Of a DNA stretch of 14,376 nt, positions 14,266 through 14,376 are shown in pieces (positions within the stretch are counted from its first letter, which is position 1; every line of letters begins with the position of its first letter). Source of the stretch: Bdellovibrionota bacterium FG-2 (GTDB taxonomy: Bacteria > Bdellovibrionota > UBA1018); assembly GCA_051382305.1 (NCBI GenBank), contig JBBCAV010000106.1:1-14376 (forward strand), read 5' to 3'. Below the pieces are notes generated by a model. That model was not told the DNA's origin. It ran no database searches and saw nothing but the letters and a program-made list of their open reading frames with translations. The position numbers and the translations under genes are program-made.

Positions 14266-14376
14266 TTGGCCAGCCGTCTAGGACATGAAGTCGGGTAATT
14301 TTCCTGCGAACAGCGTCCGCAGCGCATCCATGGGATGCACTCCATTTTTTCTGCAGGTGGAGAGATAGCTTCGAAT
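14262..14376 (-). mobile_element. Right end of an IS66-family insertion sequence (ISBst12-group-like)
   Basis: Minus strand 14376-14278 encodes IRSYLSTCRKNGVHPMDALRTLFAGKLPDFMS*, an IS66-type transposase C-terminus. It is followed 16 nt later by the end ...GGCTGGCCAATTAC, i.e. the 5'-GTAA terminus typical of IS66. Confidence 0.88.
14278..14376 (-). CDS. IS66-family transposase, last 32 aa (partial, runs off window end)
   Basis: Manual translation IRSYLSTCRKNG...LFAGKLPDFMS, stop TAG at 14280-14278. Not in the ORF track. Confidence 0.85.
   Translation of the reverse strand: MRSYLSTCRKNGVHPMDALRTLFAGKLPDFMS

Noticed and set aside
14263-14298. Stop-codon readthrough or nonsense mutation in the 144-aa ORF (frame continues LASRLGHEVG)
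   Set aside because: The downstream sequence is IS66 terminus and transposase antisense, not a continuation of the gene.
1-14376. Composite transposon, CRISPR array, tRNA/rRNA, prophage or defence system
   Set aside because: The flanking IS ends belong to different families and enclose core-type genes. I saw no repeat-spacer array, tRNA/rRNA signature, or phage or defence gene by eye.

Overview
A bacterial chromosomal segment of roughly 50% GC (estimated by eye). Its gene content suggests a Bdellovibrionota/Oligoflexia-like organism, which is an inference. Both ends are insertion-sequence termini missed by the ORF track: an IS903-group IS5 right end at 1-127 and an ISBst12-group-like IS66 end at 14262-14376, the latter truncating a secreted-protein gene. 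Between them lie: (i) a minus-strand CHASE2 histidine kinase / sigma54 NtrC-type activator / PAP2 phosphatase operon with a textbook sigma54 promoter (enhancer, IHF site, -24/-12); (ii) a divergent OmpR-family response regulator plus HAMP kinase pair; (iii) PBP1B, an outer-membrane beta-barrel, an orphan FliL, a radical SAM protein and a degenerate REC-HD-GYP protein. The most interesting signal is an apparently self-contained regulatory module around the OmpR-type pair. Two promoters of identical geometry flank it (four TTAAT-like boxes spaced 10/11/11, then 10 nt, a -10 hexamer, 7 nt and the start). The upstream one appears to drive a leaderless 20-aa hydrophobic micro-protein plus the two-component genes. 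The downstream one appears to drive an unannotated ~100-nt structured sRNA with an anti-Shine-Dalgarno (CCCUCC) loop.
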